From positions 13,887,375 to 13,951,374 of the forward strand of contig OZ316897.1 of assembly GCA_973895155.1 (NCBI GenBank): 64,000 nt of DNA. The letters run 5' to 3'. Within the stretch, counting starts at the first letter, position 1. Every line of letters begins with the position of its first letter. Origin of the DNA: Marsupella aquatica. Lineage: Eukaryota > Plantae > Marchantiophyta. Positions 50,101 to 62,985 of the stretch are shown here, one piece after another. The notes below the pieces were generated by a model, which did not search any database, was not told where the DNA came from, and worked only from the letters and a program-made list of their open reading frames with translations. Both the position numbers and the translations under genes were made by a program.

Positions 50101-50222
50101 GTCACTGGAAACGCCAAACAAGCACAAGAGAGATCTTCAAGGGTGCACCTATTGCCTGTTATCTCAGATAACAATAGGAACGCCAAGACCTTCGCCTTCT
50201 GCTCCTCCCTTGGGATATCCAT
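44166..50222 (-). CDS. CDC7: Cell division control protein 7 (CDC7) Ser/Thr kinase, multi-exon
   Basis: Exons 50222-49260, 48747-48681, 48342-48280 (GGYGTVYK..FAMK), 48045-47982 (CP..NEINML), 47832-47700, 47501-47418 and 47233-47144 (HLDVKPGNFL..DFNLA). Then an insert region at ~47030-45676 whose exons I could not resolve. Then 45483-45422 (GPCVGTKGYRAPE), 45105-44993 (VDIWSAG), 44728-44641 and 44384-44166 (CLDVNPDSRITAEAAL). DFN, the large kinase insert and the N-terminal domain match plant CDC7. Extra small exons are possible. Confidence 0.92.
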
Positions 50223-51466
50223 ATGTTATCCCGGAATGCTCCGGTATATGCAAACGGACATCTTCATTTGCCTGGCCCCAGAGAATGCTTCGTCATTTCA
50301 ATCTTTGCCTAAAAAAGCAGGTCTTGGCCGAATTTGCATCCTATCTCTGCACCAATGCATATCCCGGCAACGTCCCAAATCCTGCTAGAGGCTGCCATGA
50401 CAACATTCAATAATGCCAAGCTCACGTTAGCCACAGACTGAAGCATTTCGGAAAATGAGGGATCAATATGTCCAACCCAAATCCCTTCCGCCCCAAAAGA
50501 TTCTCCACAGTTGTCGTGCTCAGTCGTGAAGTCCTCACATAGAGAGCTCCGAATTTGCACGTGTGTCCGCCTTCACTGCCATTTCGTTAGATGTAAAGAA
50601 TCCGGACGGTACAGGCGAGACGTCGGAATCCTAAATTCGCACCTGAATTTATAGACAGTCTCTAAGCACGAACAGCGGAAACGCACACAATCAAAAACAC
50701 ACAAAGAATTGAAAGGTTGCCAACAAAGGTCTGACGCTCTTCCACAACTAAAACCGCCACTCATAAGGTCAAAATTTTGGAGGGATGCTATCCACTCAGA
50801 AGACATCAACTCATAGATATCACTTCGGTTTCACAAGGACGATCGACAATCAGAACATGATCATCGTCTTAACATGAAGCCAGGCCCGGTTTTCCCTGTC
50901 CTTCGAGATAGTGATCGTGAGTAGATAAGGCGACGAAATTACTTGCCGAGCCAGCTATCATTTACTCCCAAAGATGATGACGACGACGACGAGACAAATT
51001 AACACACACCTTGGCCAAATAATTCGAAGCTCTTCCGGACTGAGCCTTCGCACGAGCGAACGAACTACAGGCAGGCAGGAAGCAAGATCATTGAGAAGGA
51101 AGTAGAGAACACCCATGAGCCACTGACGAGGACCACCGCGATCCAAGTGCTCGCTCGACCTAGGCTAAACATCCCCTTGCTGCCAAGCACAATCCATTCA
51201 GTACTCCGGCAAAATAATGTCGAATACTAATCCTTTGCCCCTTACTGCTGGAGCATAACAGTTGGACGCCCACGTTGTGCATTGGCTCACAGCCCATTTA
51301 TCTGGCCTCACCTCTATTGTGGACATCAAAAAACAGTCAATCCTTCAAAATTGTGGGAGGTGTCTACCGTACTGCTGGGAGAAAGCACGCAGTTATGAAA
51401 ATGCTCGACCGACTTCAGACTAGTGCACTTACCGCCAAGCATCAGCATGGTCGATGCAGTCCTCAG

Positions 51467-51474
51467 GCGCGAAA
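51467..51474 (-). promoter_or_regulatory. E2F-binding site upstream of CDC7
   Basis: TTTCGCGC on the minus strand (consensus TTTSSCGS), about 1.25 kb 5' of the CDC7 ATG. Confidence 0.5.
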
Positions 51475-51515
51475 ATGTCGAATTCTGTCGTCGAGAGCTG
51501 CTGCGGCTGCAAGTG

Positions 51516-51906
51516 GAGTGGATCTTCGACTGTCGACCTTCGAACTTCGACTCAAAACAGCCACACGAGAGAAACAATGTCGCATGACGAATCCTAGAGT
51601 GGATCTTCAACCTTGGAGCTTCGATTTTCGACTCAAACAGCCACGCGAGAGAAAGAATGCCGAATGACCAGTCCCAGAGTGGATCTTCGACCTTAGACCT
51701 TTTCGACTCAGACAGCCACACGAGAGAAAGAATGCCGTATGAAGAATCCTACATCAGAAATTCGACCCGCGAGCTTCGATTTTCGACGCAGAAAAGCGAC
51801 ACGACAGAAAGGATGCCGCAAGGCGAGAGTGGATTTTGGACCTTCGAGCTTCGATTTTGAGCTCACACGGGCACACGAGAGAAAGAATGCCGCATGGCGA
51901 ATCCTC
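51516..51906. repeat. CpG-rich tandem repeat, ~5 units of ~75-80 bp
   Basis: GAGTGGATCTTCGAC..CTTCGAGCTTCGATTTTCGACTCAAACAGCCACACGAGAGAAAGAATGCCGCATGACGAATCC. Confidence 0.85.
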
Positions 51907-52230
51907 GCCCACAAAGACGCTACGAAGAACTGGGATCAGAGCTGCAGCAGGAGTAGCGGTTCCGCGAGCGCGCCTTTGGAGCCTCGAAAGCGCGGGAGTG
52001 CTGATGTAGAGAGCGTGCCAAAATGGGGAGCAGTTATGGCGCAGAGTTTTTCAAAAGTTTTCAAAAACTTGAAATCGAAAATAATAGAGTCTCGTCGTGT
52101 CGCGCCTTCTTTCGTCTTGTCTTGTGGTCAATGTTGGGTGCGGGGGCCTCATTCTTGCGGTGGGTTCCATGCCTCACCCCGCCCTGATTAACACCCCCCA
52201 CCCCGCCCCCCCCCCCTCCTCCCCCCCAGG

Positions 52231-53215
52231 CCCCATCGACAAGAGAATGCATAGATGGACACAACTGAACAAGGTTGATTTCACGCCCCGTGACCTATAG
52301 GGTAACCAAAGTATGGGCAGGGTTACCAGGTTGTAATTCTTGTGAGGAGAAGAGGTTACCTGTGTGTAATCATTTCTGCACGAGCTTGCTATAGTCATAA
52401 TCTGTTGTCTTGAAAAGTCGAGTTGATTACATCTTTTCGGGCAGGAGTTATGTACACTAGTGCAGGGCTGGGGTCATAGATTGTAACCTGCTACCTAAAT
52501 GTTCAAAAAAACTTTGTCACCTTATTCTCACTTCAGCTTATTCTCACATTCCAGATGTACGGTTATGTATAGGGTAATGCAAGTCTGGGCGCAGGGTTAC
52601 TAGGCTGTAATCTTGCGTCCGGAATATGAAAAGAAGCCGCAAATAAGCTGAAGTGAGAATAAGCTGACAAGGAGGAGACAAAGTTTTTTGGAACATTTAG
52701 GTAGCAGGGTCAGAGTCTAGAACCTTACCCTACCCTACCCTGACCACTCTTATTGTATGCAAATCCTGTCCTAAAAATATTACTTGACTGTACTTTTGAG
52801 GGCTGCAGATTATGAGAATAGGAGCGTGGACTAGAAATGATTACCCGCCAGTAACCTGCCCTTCAACACCCCCAGCTCCCCAGCCCCATCGACAAGAGAA
52901 AGATGAAGCATAGACGGACACAAACGTTTTGATTTCATGCCCCGTGATCTATAGGATAACCAATGTCTGGGCGGGGTTACCAACTTATAACCCTACATCC
53001 GGAATGTGAGAATACACTAACAAGCCTCAGACTAAAAGCTTTTTTGAACAGTTAGGTAGCATGGTGAGAGTGTAGAACCCTACCCAGAACATGATGATTG
53101 TATAAGATGATTGTATAGAAATCCTGTCCAGCAAATATTACCTGGCTATACTTTTGAGGGCTGCAGATTATGAGAATAGGAGAGTGGACTACAAACGATT
53201 ACCCACTGGTAACCT
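52231..53215. repeat. Complex direct plus inverted repeat of a ~330-bp unit
   Basis: Inverted arms ~52350-52545 and ~52640-52860 (CCTGCTACCTAAATGTTC..AAAACTTTGTC..CTTATTCTCACTTCAGCTTATT and its reverse complement). Direct copies 52231-52330 vs 52885-52985, and 52700-52860 vs 53055-53215. Confidence 0.8.
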
Positions 53216-53700
53216 TTACTTTGTACATAATTTACATGGGAGCGTGCAAAAATGGGAAGCAAGTATTGCACAAAGTTTTCAACAAGTTGATTGCAAAGTA
53301 AGAGTCTTGTCGTGGCGCACCTTCTTTTTTTTGCCTTGAAAAAACCAATTGAATTTCATTCAAAAAGCCAACATACAACAAGGGTGGCCGACAAGAGGGG
53401 GTCGGCACCCGGGGGGACCAGAGGTCCATAAGCCTAACAGACCGGTGAAGCCGGGACCAGGAGAGAAGCAGGCCCTAAGAAAGGAAGCCAAACCATAAAT
53501 TCAACCACTGTAGAAGGGGCGGCACAACCCTGAAAAGACCGGCCAGTGGAGAGATGTCGGCGGGGCACTCAACACTGGGTCTGTGGTAAACAAAGCTATC
53601 AGTCTAGCCTACAGTACAACTTCTACCCTGCAAAGCCAACATCTTCATGGAGGTCTAGGGGGAACCGGTGGGATCTGTAAGATGTCTTCATGGATTTCCT

Positions 53701-54900
53701 ATATATATATATTTTTTTATTTTATATTTTTATTTTTCATAAACGGGGACACCCCGGAAACTTTATTCAACGAGAACAGAAAACAACAACTGCCCGGGAG
53801 AAGGGGGCAGGGAAAAATTTAAAAACAACAATTAAGGGGGCTATTAGTGGGAGCACACCCAGAGAGGAGAAGGCACCACAAGCCAAGACGCCTAATTGGA
53901 AGGAGGCGATGGAGAGGGAGAGAGAATGCCAATGGAACCTGGAACAAAAATCTAAAGCAATACCCAAGGCCAACCCTAAACTGCAAACAGAACCAGACAG
54001 CGGCAAAGACCAGCCCGGTCTTCGCCTCCACCACCCTCCACTGACCACAATATCCCACTTTGCTTGGCACCAGTGAGCAACAGCATCCATCAGACCGCAC
54101 TATCTCCGGCCCAGGCGGACATCAGCAACCAAAGGAAAGCAACAACTGCCGGCTATCAGAGCATTTGCAGCCACCAACACAACATCCACCTAATACCAGA
54201 GGGGAACATGCCAGAGGATTGGCATTCTGCATGTTTCACCAACCCAGCCAACAGCCACCAAGATAGATCCATGTTGAGCCGGATCCCAGCAGCTATGTCG
54301 TAAGTCCGAATAAGTGTGAATTCAATTCAATCCCATGGGGCCGAGCCAAAGAAGCAACTCAAACAAGATCGTTGCATCAGATCTCTGCAAACCGTCCAGC
54401 CAATATAAGATTGGATCCACCAGACCCAGGCGATATAGGTGTTGCAGCCCCCAGAACAGAGAATTCCCTCCAATACAAGGAACCTGAATGACTCCCCAAA
54501 ATAGGTTTGGGGAAACAGCCTTCTATGATAAGCATCGGATAAGGAGATACCGATGAGAGCCCAGTGTCCAAAGACCAGGAAAAAAATGAAGATATCCTCG
54601 AACCCCCAATGGGAACAGAGATTAGGAGGACCACAGAGAAAGCAGGTCCCAGCTGATCTCCTCCATAGGAAGGATATAAAATAGACCCAAGATGATCCCA
54701 GTAGCGGAAAGAGAAGCATTCAAATTACGTGCAGCACCATAGCTTGAATAAACTCGATGAAGCCCACGATCCCAAAAATCTCCAACAATTGTAGTCTGGC
54801 CTAGTGGAGAGCAGAAGCTAAGACTCAGAACAGACCCAAGGAGGACTGTCGGGCTGGAGGCAGCAGACGGCGGTCCAAGAAATATTGAAGATTGAAAATC
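53701..54900 (-). mobile_element. L1/LINE 3' fragment A with poly(A) signal and A-rich tail
   Basis: Minus strand TTGAATAAAGTTTCC...TTTATGAAAAATAAAAATATAAAA. Degraded zf-RVT-like text FLWR..CFLCG..EDIF.FF. Confidence 0.7.
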
Positions 54901-55009
54901 CGGAATGGATAAAATAAGTGACTATATATCTATCTGAAGAAAACCCATAGATGCGGACCCCCAACAGGTCATATAGAGCCCGAAGATATAATTCCCTGAT
55001 ACTATGATA

Positions 55010-56180
55010 CTATTTTATTCTATGCGATGGCTTTTGGCCAAAGTTCAAAAAGAACCTATATTTGGAGATCAAGAAAGACCAAATGAATAGGAGGGCCGAG
55101 TCTCAACGGGGAAATAATAGGGGGACCAGAACTGAGTCGGACAAGACCAGAGCATGGCCGAGGGACAATACCCTAGCCCAAGATACACAATATTGCACCA
55201 GCGACAGAATGGAAGGGGAAAAAGGGTCAGTCGGCAATATAGATTCCCCACCCATGGCAACATCGGGAGAAACTGACAAAAGGGAGGGATGAAGATTCCA
55301 AGACAAAAGCTCCCTGGTGTCTGCAGCTGACCCAGAACAAATGACCACCACCCTGGGCCCGAAAAGAAAAGATCCCTGACTGGTGGATGAATCAGCCCAA
55401 AAACCAAATGGTGGGGAAACCAAGAGTCACCTCCGCGATAAGATTAGGATATAAAAGGCGGTCCTTCAACAACGGAGAAGAGCTGGCCAAAGGAATGGGA
55501 AGAGGGAGATGGAAGACGGAAAGGGAGTAGGATACGATCTTGACAAATGGGGGGGAAACATACGTTTGGACGGAGAGTGGACTTGGAGACAGGATGGACT
55601 GTCCTGGGAAAGCTAGGAGGAATCAGACGGATGCAGGGGCCTGCGCAGGAGACGTCTCCCCAACGGACTTGAGATGTATTTTTCTGCATAATATAACCTT
55701 TTTCTTGGCCTCAGAGTCCGAACATAGAGCTACAGAATGGAGGTGCAACACTACCGAGGAAGCTTTAGTGTTACAATTTTTCCACAGAAGCCAGATAGTA
55801 TCATACACAACAAAGAGGCGAGCGAAAAGCCTGGGAGAACGGCCGAGAGACAAGTCTAGAATACTTAAGAAGGAGTTTCCCCTGGGAGGAGAGAAATGGC
55901 TGGCACCCTCTCATAGAACCATGTCGTGCGATTCCAAGCCATGGTTGCTTGGGGACAAGAGAAGAAAATATGGCGGCAGTCCTCCGTGCAATTCCTGCAG
56001 AATGGGCACATCCCATCTCCATGTCCACATTGGTTAGCCCTCAACCTGGTGAATAGCCCAACTGCCAAAACACGCCACAAGAATATCTTCCCGCGATGAG
56101 ACAGGTCGAAGCGCCAGATCCTCCTATATTGCAATTTACCAAGATCCATAGTTGAGAGTCATGTCAACAGCCCCATACGT
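55010..56180 (-). mobile_element. L1/LINE ORF2 C-terminal fragment B (zf-RVT)
   Basis: IWRFDLSHRGKIFLWRVL..GLFT..CPFCRNCTEDCRHIFFSCPQA..AW followed by IWLLWK.CN, with a frameshift. Confidence 0.85.
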
Positions 56181-56189
56181 GGATCTGCC

Positions 56190-56880
56190 AATTTTAATCA
56201 TTGATGTCTGGCCCAATCCTTATGTATGTAAATTGCCAATCTGTGCCAGGAGTTTTGAATGACCATCAGAGCACTAGATCTAGTGTGCTCAATGAAATGA
56301 GAGCTCCTGTCCTTCCACAGATTCCAACAGACAATAGCTCTCACTGTGTGCCAAAGTTTACCTGGTGTGTCCGAGACATCGGGTAGTGCATCCCCCACCA
56401 AAATGTGGGCTGGCTAAAGTAATATGATGTCGTTCCTAGTGGAGTTCGCACGCTGCAGGACAATTTGAACCCATCTCCATATCGATGTTGAGATTGGGTA
56501 GCTCCACATGCAATGCATGAGGTCCTCATGCTGGACAAGATCACATCGAGTACACCAGGTAAGGGGGTTGGATGGTGGTAGTTTTGGGAACCTCCAATGT
56601 TGGGTAGTTGGGATCCTATAGATAAGCTACCAAAGAAAACAGTTTTCCGATGTTGCCTTGTATAGAAGCTCAAAGTTCTAACCGGGTTAGAAGAATCATG
56701 GAAGAGTTGCCAATTGGAAGTGATGTGGATTCGCTGAATCTTGTATTCCCAGATGAAGAGAGTGTCGTTTGGTAGCTCTACCTTCTCTAGTATTGTCTTG
56801 CGGTCAATGTTCAATGCGGGAGCCCCCATTCTCGGGATGGGTGCCATGAGTCCACCTGTCCTTCAAACTGTTAGAATTTA
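56190..56880 (-). mobile_element. L1/LINE ORF2 fragment C
   Basis: LWHTVRAIVCWNLWKDRS..F and SWHRL motifs of the region after zf-RVT, internally deleted. Confidence 0.65.
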
Positions 56881-58442
56881 CTCTTAGGTCTAGAGTTACG
56901 ACTATACCATAGTTAAGGCTAACCTTAGTTGCAGACTTGGTTAGGTTAGTCATGTTGTGCACACTCTATACCCAAGCGGTGTTTGCTTGGAGAGTGAGAA
57001 CTCAGGCTCATTGTTACAGAGCAAGTTGAAAGATAGGGAGAGCTTGCACTATGGATGCTTGGTATGGCCGGTCGGCCTAGAGTGCAGTAAAGTTCTTGTG
57101 TGTTCCCATGCACGTAGCCTCATGTGGAGGTGAACCACGTATCTCTATGTCGACTCTTGTGCATTGGATGGTTCATGGGCTTGTCGTTGCGATTGTCGTC
57201 TATGCTCAACACAAACCCCTCCCTGCAGAATTCCCTTGCAATTTTGAAAATTTCCTACACCCTCAACAATAGGAAGTGGAAGCATAAGTAGACACATACT
57301 TTTGAGATAATGTGTGGATTGGACAAGCCGCAACCTTAATGGACACAAATGAAATGCTTACATATACTTGCATAGCATGTTTTACACTTTTGTTCCACAT
57401 AGGACATGTAAAAATTCATTTGACCAGCATTATCATGTTTTTAGTGGATTTCTCTAATGTCCTGTCCATGTAGTAACTTCCATTATATGCCAAAGATCCA
57501 AATAGTAGCCCAGGAGAAGGAGACCCAATAAAGGGGACAACCAACCAATGAAGGGGAGAAACAAAGGGAAAAACATGTTAAGACCAAGAACCGCTCAACT
57601 AAATAAGGTCTCTAGTCGGGGGGCCCTCGACCCCCCTACCTACACAACCCCATTTTGAATTGATGGCACCTCAAAGTTTATTTCCGCCTGCCTTAACCCC
57701 GCAAAATTCCTTTTGGTGACCCAATGGGGCACCGTTGATTCCATCTGCCCCAACCCCGTACAATACACCGAATGATGTAGCCAAAGCACTTATGACAGTG
57801 TACCATCATCTTGATTGGGATGACCACTGGAGCGCCGAACTATCAGTGGTCCCAATAAATGCACATCTATCTACAACTATAATAAGGGATCCCGCCTTTT
57901 TTTGTCCCTCGGCTCAATACAAAAAAGCTCTTGGGCGGGAAAGATCCACAGCCGTTGGATTTGATTAGTTGTTTTCCCTAACCATTGACGGAAGAAATGT
58001 GCACCGCTGGCACATATGTCATTCCTGCTGCCCCATAAATGCCCTGGCCCAGCCTATGGGGCCAACCCTCCTTTGCACAGTGCAGCGCACTGGCATAGGG
58101 CTCATAAAAATATAACATACTTTGTACACATCACTCCATATCATGATAAATTTCATATTCTTTAAATTAATGATTTCACACTTGTATTACCACATTTTGA
58201 TGTGTGATTGCTTGCAGGGAACTATCATGATTACCTGCAGGGAACTCTCAGCGAAAGTCTTGACCCAACTATCACCCAACTATCAGTGGTCCCAAACTAT
58301 CAGTGGTCCCAGTATCCCAGTAACTAGTGCCTAACTCAATACCATAATAAATCTCATATTTTTAAATCAATGAGTGCACACCTATATTACCACATTTTGA
58401 TGTGTGATTTTGAGTCTATCAAGGGTAATCACTGATAGTTCT

Positions 58443-58843
58443 ATTCACTCTGGATAGAACTGGTTCGAACTCTCAGCAGAACTCTTGACGCTCTCGTGAT
58501 AGACTCGAATAAAAGAAACGAAATTCGCAATTCACTCTGGATAGAACTCGTTCAACTCTGGGCTGACTTCCCTTTTCTGCTCGAAAGTTGGCATTTCTCT
58601 CATCAGTCGATCGGTTCATTGATTTCAGTCATGCACTCGCTCTTCTGCTTGAAAGTAGGTACTTCTTTCACTCTGGGAAAGAACTCATTGAATTCTGGGC
58701 TGACTTCGCTCTTCTGCTCGAAAGTTGGCATTTCTCTCATCAGTCGATCGGTTCATTGATTTCAGTCATGCACTCCGCTCTTCTGCTTGAAAGTTGGTAC
58801 TCTCTCATGAGCCGATCGGTTCGGTGCTTTCAGTCATGCACTC
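58443..58843. repeat. Nested tandem repeat (~140 bp x2 plus partial units)
   Basis: CTGGGCTGACTT..CTTCTGCTCGAAAGTTGGCATTTCTCTCATCAGTCGATCGGTTCATTGATTTCAGTCATGCACTC repeated. TTCACTCTGG..AGAACT occurs three times. Confidence 0.85.
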
Positions 58844-60007
58844 ACGCAGGCTCGCCGGGCAGACAAGGCTTGTGAGAGTTGTCACCGATGAATTCGTCAT
58901 ACTTGTGCTCGTCGAAGTGTGCGCTGTGCAGGAATGTCGAAGGCAAAGGCGAGATGTCTGCTTTCAAGTGGTTGTATTTGTGCCTGGCTTCATATTTCGG
59001 ACGTACCCCTATCGATCCTTCTTCCGATCCATCCGTCTTCTGCTTTTCGACTTGAGGGTTACCCTGGAGCAACGAGCGGCTGGAATTGTCACTGCATTTT
59101 TTCGGAGATCAAAGGGAACCCCTTGAGGGCTAATGGAATCCACACCTGAGCGGCATCTGAAAAGCCTCGTAAAGCTACGCAGTAAACTGCATAGGAGGGT
59201 CACAAACCCAGAGCGGGAGGCTTTGGCTTGCCACACCTACTGCAGCTACAATTGGCCTTCAGTGGACTTTCCAGATTGAGAAACGCAACAAGGTGCTTTC
59301 TTCCTGTAGCATTTCATGGATGCCATGGCATCCCAAGTCAACGAATGTCCCTTTGCAACGGGCATCTCCCTCAGAAACACACTTATCGACAAGCTGTTCA
59401 TTGAGAATCATCAGAACTTTGTGTATTTCGTGAGAATTAGAAGAGAATTTGGTCTCGCAATGGGTATGCAAGCTGGAACCTAAAGGTACCCTTATCAAGG
59501 ACAATAATCTATCCGGCTGAGCTAATTGAATGCCTTGTGATTGTAGCATTCAGAAATCAAGTGAATGGCTGACTTTAGAACGTTCCACATGCTTCAGAGA
59601 AGGAGCTGAATTGTAAAATGCACATTGAGAACGGCAAATGAATCCCCGCATGTAAGAGGGTACTCAGCTTATAGGTGGGATGATGCCTGAGCACTGCAGT
59701 ACTAAAATAATGCGCCTGCTGAAGTCGCAAAACTTTGGTAGTTTTCATACCCCAAATACTGACTTCCGTTAACTGCAACACTCAAGAACCTTATGACTAA
59801 CTAACTAATGTGCCTAAGGCAGGCTGGTGGGGGTTGGAAACTTTAGGGGCTTTGGCGTACACGATAAATAGATGGACATCTGTCAAGAATCTCGTGCCAA
59901 CAATTCGAGTCAAAGGGTTAGAGAAATTCAAAATCTAGTTCCTCTACATCTCCCTTCGCCCCTCCAAAATTTTAATAGCTTTATGTACATATAATGTTTT
60001 TGAAGTG

Positions 60008-62985
60008 TTATTGCACCGGTCTCCACACAGTTCTACCGCGGTTAACTTCTTTCCCCACTTCGCTTGTTTTGATCAAATGTATGAACTGTCGGGCAGTGCT
60101 ACTTTCTGATTCCTCTGCCTCAGCAAACGACTCGACGGGTTGCCCTGGACTGGCCTCTTGACGATACTCCAACGTTATCTTACTGACCTCGTACGCACTC
60201 TTCACGTCCTCAGGTATGCTCTGTTATATAATCCAGGCAAAACAAAGCCAAAGAACTGCGTTAGCACTCTAAAGATGATCAAATCTACCACATCTGAAGG
60301 CAGTTCCACGTAGGAAGATTGTCTCACGGGCCTGACTGATTCGCCAGGATACATTATTCGCTACGCCTGTCGTCTTGGTGGATTGCCAGTGCAAATCATA
60401 TCCAAGATTTACAATTGGATCACGAAGGTGTAAATGGGTTACTTACTCATTGTTCACTAAATCCCTCAATGGCCACAAGTCCAAAAGGGCACGGGTGTTT
60501 CATTGTCTAGCTGCTTAGAAAGTAGTGATTGGATATGTGATATAATTTCTAGTGGCATCATCTCTAGAATGTCAAGAACAGGGAAGGCAACAAACACTTG
60601 ATCACCTCTAGCATCCAGCTCATGTATCGGATGTTATTTACATGCTGATTCATGTCCGTGTCTTTGTTGGCGCAGGCCTGCGAGGAGATCAATGTGCTTG
60701 TACTTGTCAGCAGATGCCATTAAACAAAAGTTTCAGAAAGACCAGGAGAAGTTCAAGTGATATTGAGCTTATACGATTGACTGGAAAGACTGTCAATAAC
60801 AACTGAAATAGGAGAGAGTTGAGTTACTCACTGTCAGCCCAGATCTCTTGTATGTGGCATCATCCCCCAGCTTCGTAATTTTCTTCGTGCTAACTTCGCG
60901 TCGGTCTTCCGACAAGGCCCACCTGTATTCGAACGAACAAGTGCGTATCTTAGATCGTCAACCCAATCACGCAAAACCCTGTCATAACCCGTTTGTCCAT
61001 TCTAAGTTCCAATGGAGTGATGGCCAGAATTTCTAGAATCGTGGATGACTGAAGATTACGATCCACACTTACCTTGGAGGACGTCTCATGTGAGGTTCAA
61101 GCTCAGCCGAGTTCTCCTCCGTAAGCTTGGCAAGTCGACGAGTTCGGCTATTCATAAGAACCCAGGTGCTGGAAGTCACACATATGGGAACAACCCCACA
61201 AGCTCTAGTCAGTACTCATAATCCGATCCTCCGCTGAAAAACAAAATCGCTACATGCAGTTGGTAAGCAACTCACATTACATCTCAAAGGCTTCACGAAT
61301 TTACTTCAGCTCAAGTTCCGCTTGCGTCAAAAACGAAATACGCGCCGTAGGAAGTCATGCAAGCACAACCAATCCACCATCACGAACATACCTAGTTGCA
61401 AACGCAATCCTTTGACCAGTCTTTACATTTTTGACTACCCAATCTCTGCGAACAGCATTCTTCCCCTCCCGCTGGAACCACGTGTCAACTTCAAGCAGAT
61501 CCCGCCTGCCCAGAAAGAAAGAAAGAAATGCAAAGAACGGGGGGTTGTCAAGAAAAGTTTTTGAAAAGAAGTCCGTCACCACAACAAAACTCAAGGCCCC
61601 TCTCAGTATCCGTCCTTCATTATTTCCTTCCCACAGCTTTCAATTCAAGGACCCACAACCATTTCGGTTGCCCTTACAGGAGTTATAGCAATGTGGATTC
61701 CAAACGCACGCTTACCGATACAAAACTTCCCCAACCCAAAATAGACTGAAATCCCAAGCTACCCGACAGAAAAACAAAGAACTTGGTACGAACATCTCGG
61801 CCCAGTCAATGAAGGTGACCGACCAAATAACAAAGCCCAGATTATGTAGAGGCTGTACTATAATAACACGTGTCAATTACCAGGCTGGGTACTGGTCCAC
61901 TTCAATGTGCATCCGTGTAACGACAGTGATATTGCCATCCAAATTCTTTCCCGGGATGAAAGCGTAGTCTATTGCGAGGACATGGTTGGTTGCAGCCTCC
62001 TGCAACGTAAAGCAAACACCAACAGTTCAGCGTCGGTAGTCAGCATCACAACGGCCCTTTCAAGAGTTTGAAAATTTATCCAATCTCACTTGAACGTGAC
62101 ATATGCATAACAGTTCTTTCACCAAGTCCTCACTAAATTGACCAAGAAATTCGGGAAAGTCATCTTCAATGGATATGAACGGCTCCGGCTTGTGAAACGG
62201 CAATGCAAGGGATGTCGTGTCCTGATGCAATTCGACAACAACGTTCCAAGATTCCCCTCGCATGCATTGAAGACAGTTGGGGGATGAACAGCCTTGCGAT
62301 AGCTGAATCCGTCATATGAATTTGAGGCCTCCGTAAACGAGATGGGAATATCAATACGAAAATAGGCATGTAGGGAGGTATTTCCCAAGATCTCCAGACA
62401 CATGCAACAATTCAACATTTTCCTGGAGTTTTGGATGGCTGGCCTTGCAGAATTCCGACATACCTGTAGCAGAGACGAGAGAGTCTCAAGTGAGACTGTC
62501 CCGCGATGACCAGCCTCAGAAAACCTAATGACGAAACGTTCCCTGAACAAAGAGCCTCCCTCAAGAATGCAGCCGAAACCGATGTAATCCCTAGAATACA
62601 ATTGAAGATCCACTGAGCGATCTGTGGTCAAAATGGCTGATCCATTTTCTGTCGCAGCGGCAGGTTTTCCCACAACCGTACTGAGGCTGCTTTCTTGCAC
62701 TGCTGCCCGGCAGTAGCCGGTTGTGCTTCTCTCGATCCCTTCGCTCCTCACATGGCTGCCACTTCTCCCGCCCACAGCTGCTGCACTGGAGAAATCGCTA
62801 GCGGCATCTTTGGCTGTCCTCAACTTCGGGGAAGAAGAATTACCAACGCAGGCTCTTGGCATCGCCACTTGGGACGCTCCATGAGGTACGGTGGTGGCGG
62901 CCTTAGAAGGCCGAAAGGGAGATGGCAGAGGTATACCACTCCGGCATTGGGCAATCGCCGGGCAAGCAGCAGTGCGCATTTGCAT
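60008..62985 (-). CDS. Plastid acyl-[acyl-carrier-protein] thioesterase (Fat family), 7 exons
   Basis: Exons 62985-62464, 61999-61881, 61505-61392, 61168-61073, 60922-60832, 60677-60606 and 60220-60008, all GT-AG and in frame. Ser/Ala/Arg-rich transit peptide. Motifs FRERFVIRFSE, LLQEAATNH, VTRMHIEVDQYPAW, RRDW, ATSTWVLMN..TRRL, DTDMNQHVNN..Y..W.LES.P, ITLEYR.E and NRGRT.W. Confidence 0.95.

Noticed and set aside
49263-50413. Plus-strand ORFs over CDC7 exon 1, and similarly 62695-63180 over the thioesterase
   Set aside because: They are antisense shadows of real coding exons.
57612-57640. G6/C6 hairpin next to CTAG as a Helitron 3' end
   Set aside because: The spacing is atypical and no 5' terminus or Rep/helicase remnant was identified.
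58590-58610. CTGATGA-GA-GAAA on the minus strand as a hammerhead ribozyme core (also CTGATGA at 63664 and 25483)
   Set aside because: No room for helix II or no GAAA, and no flanking helices were found.
59480-59530. IIVLDKG-like text on the minus strand resembling an ABC transporter C-terminus
   Set aside because: It is preceded by a stop, lacks AHRL and Walker motifs, and is likely chance.
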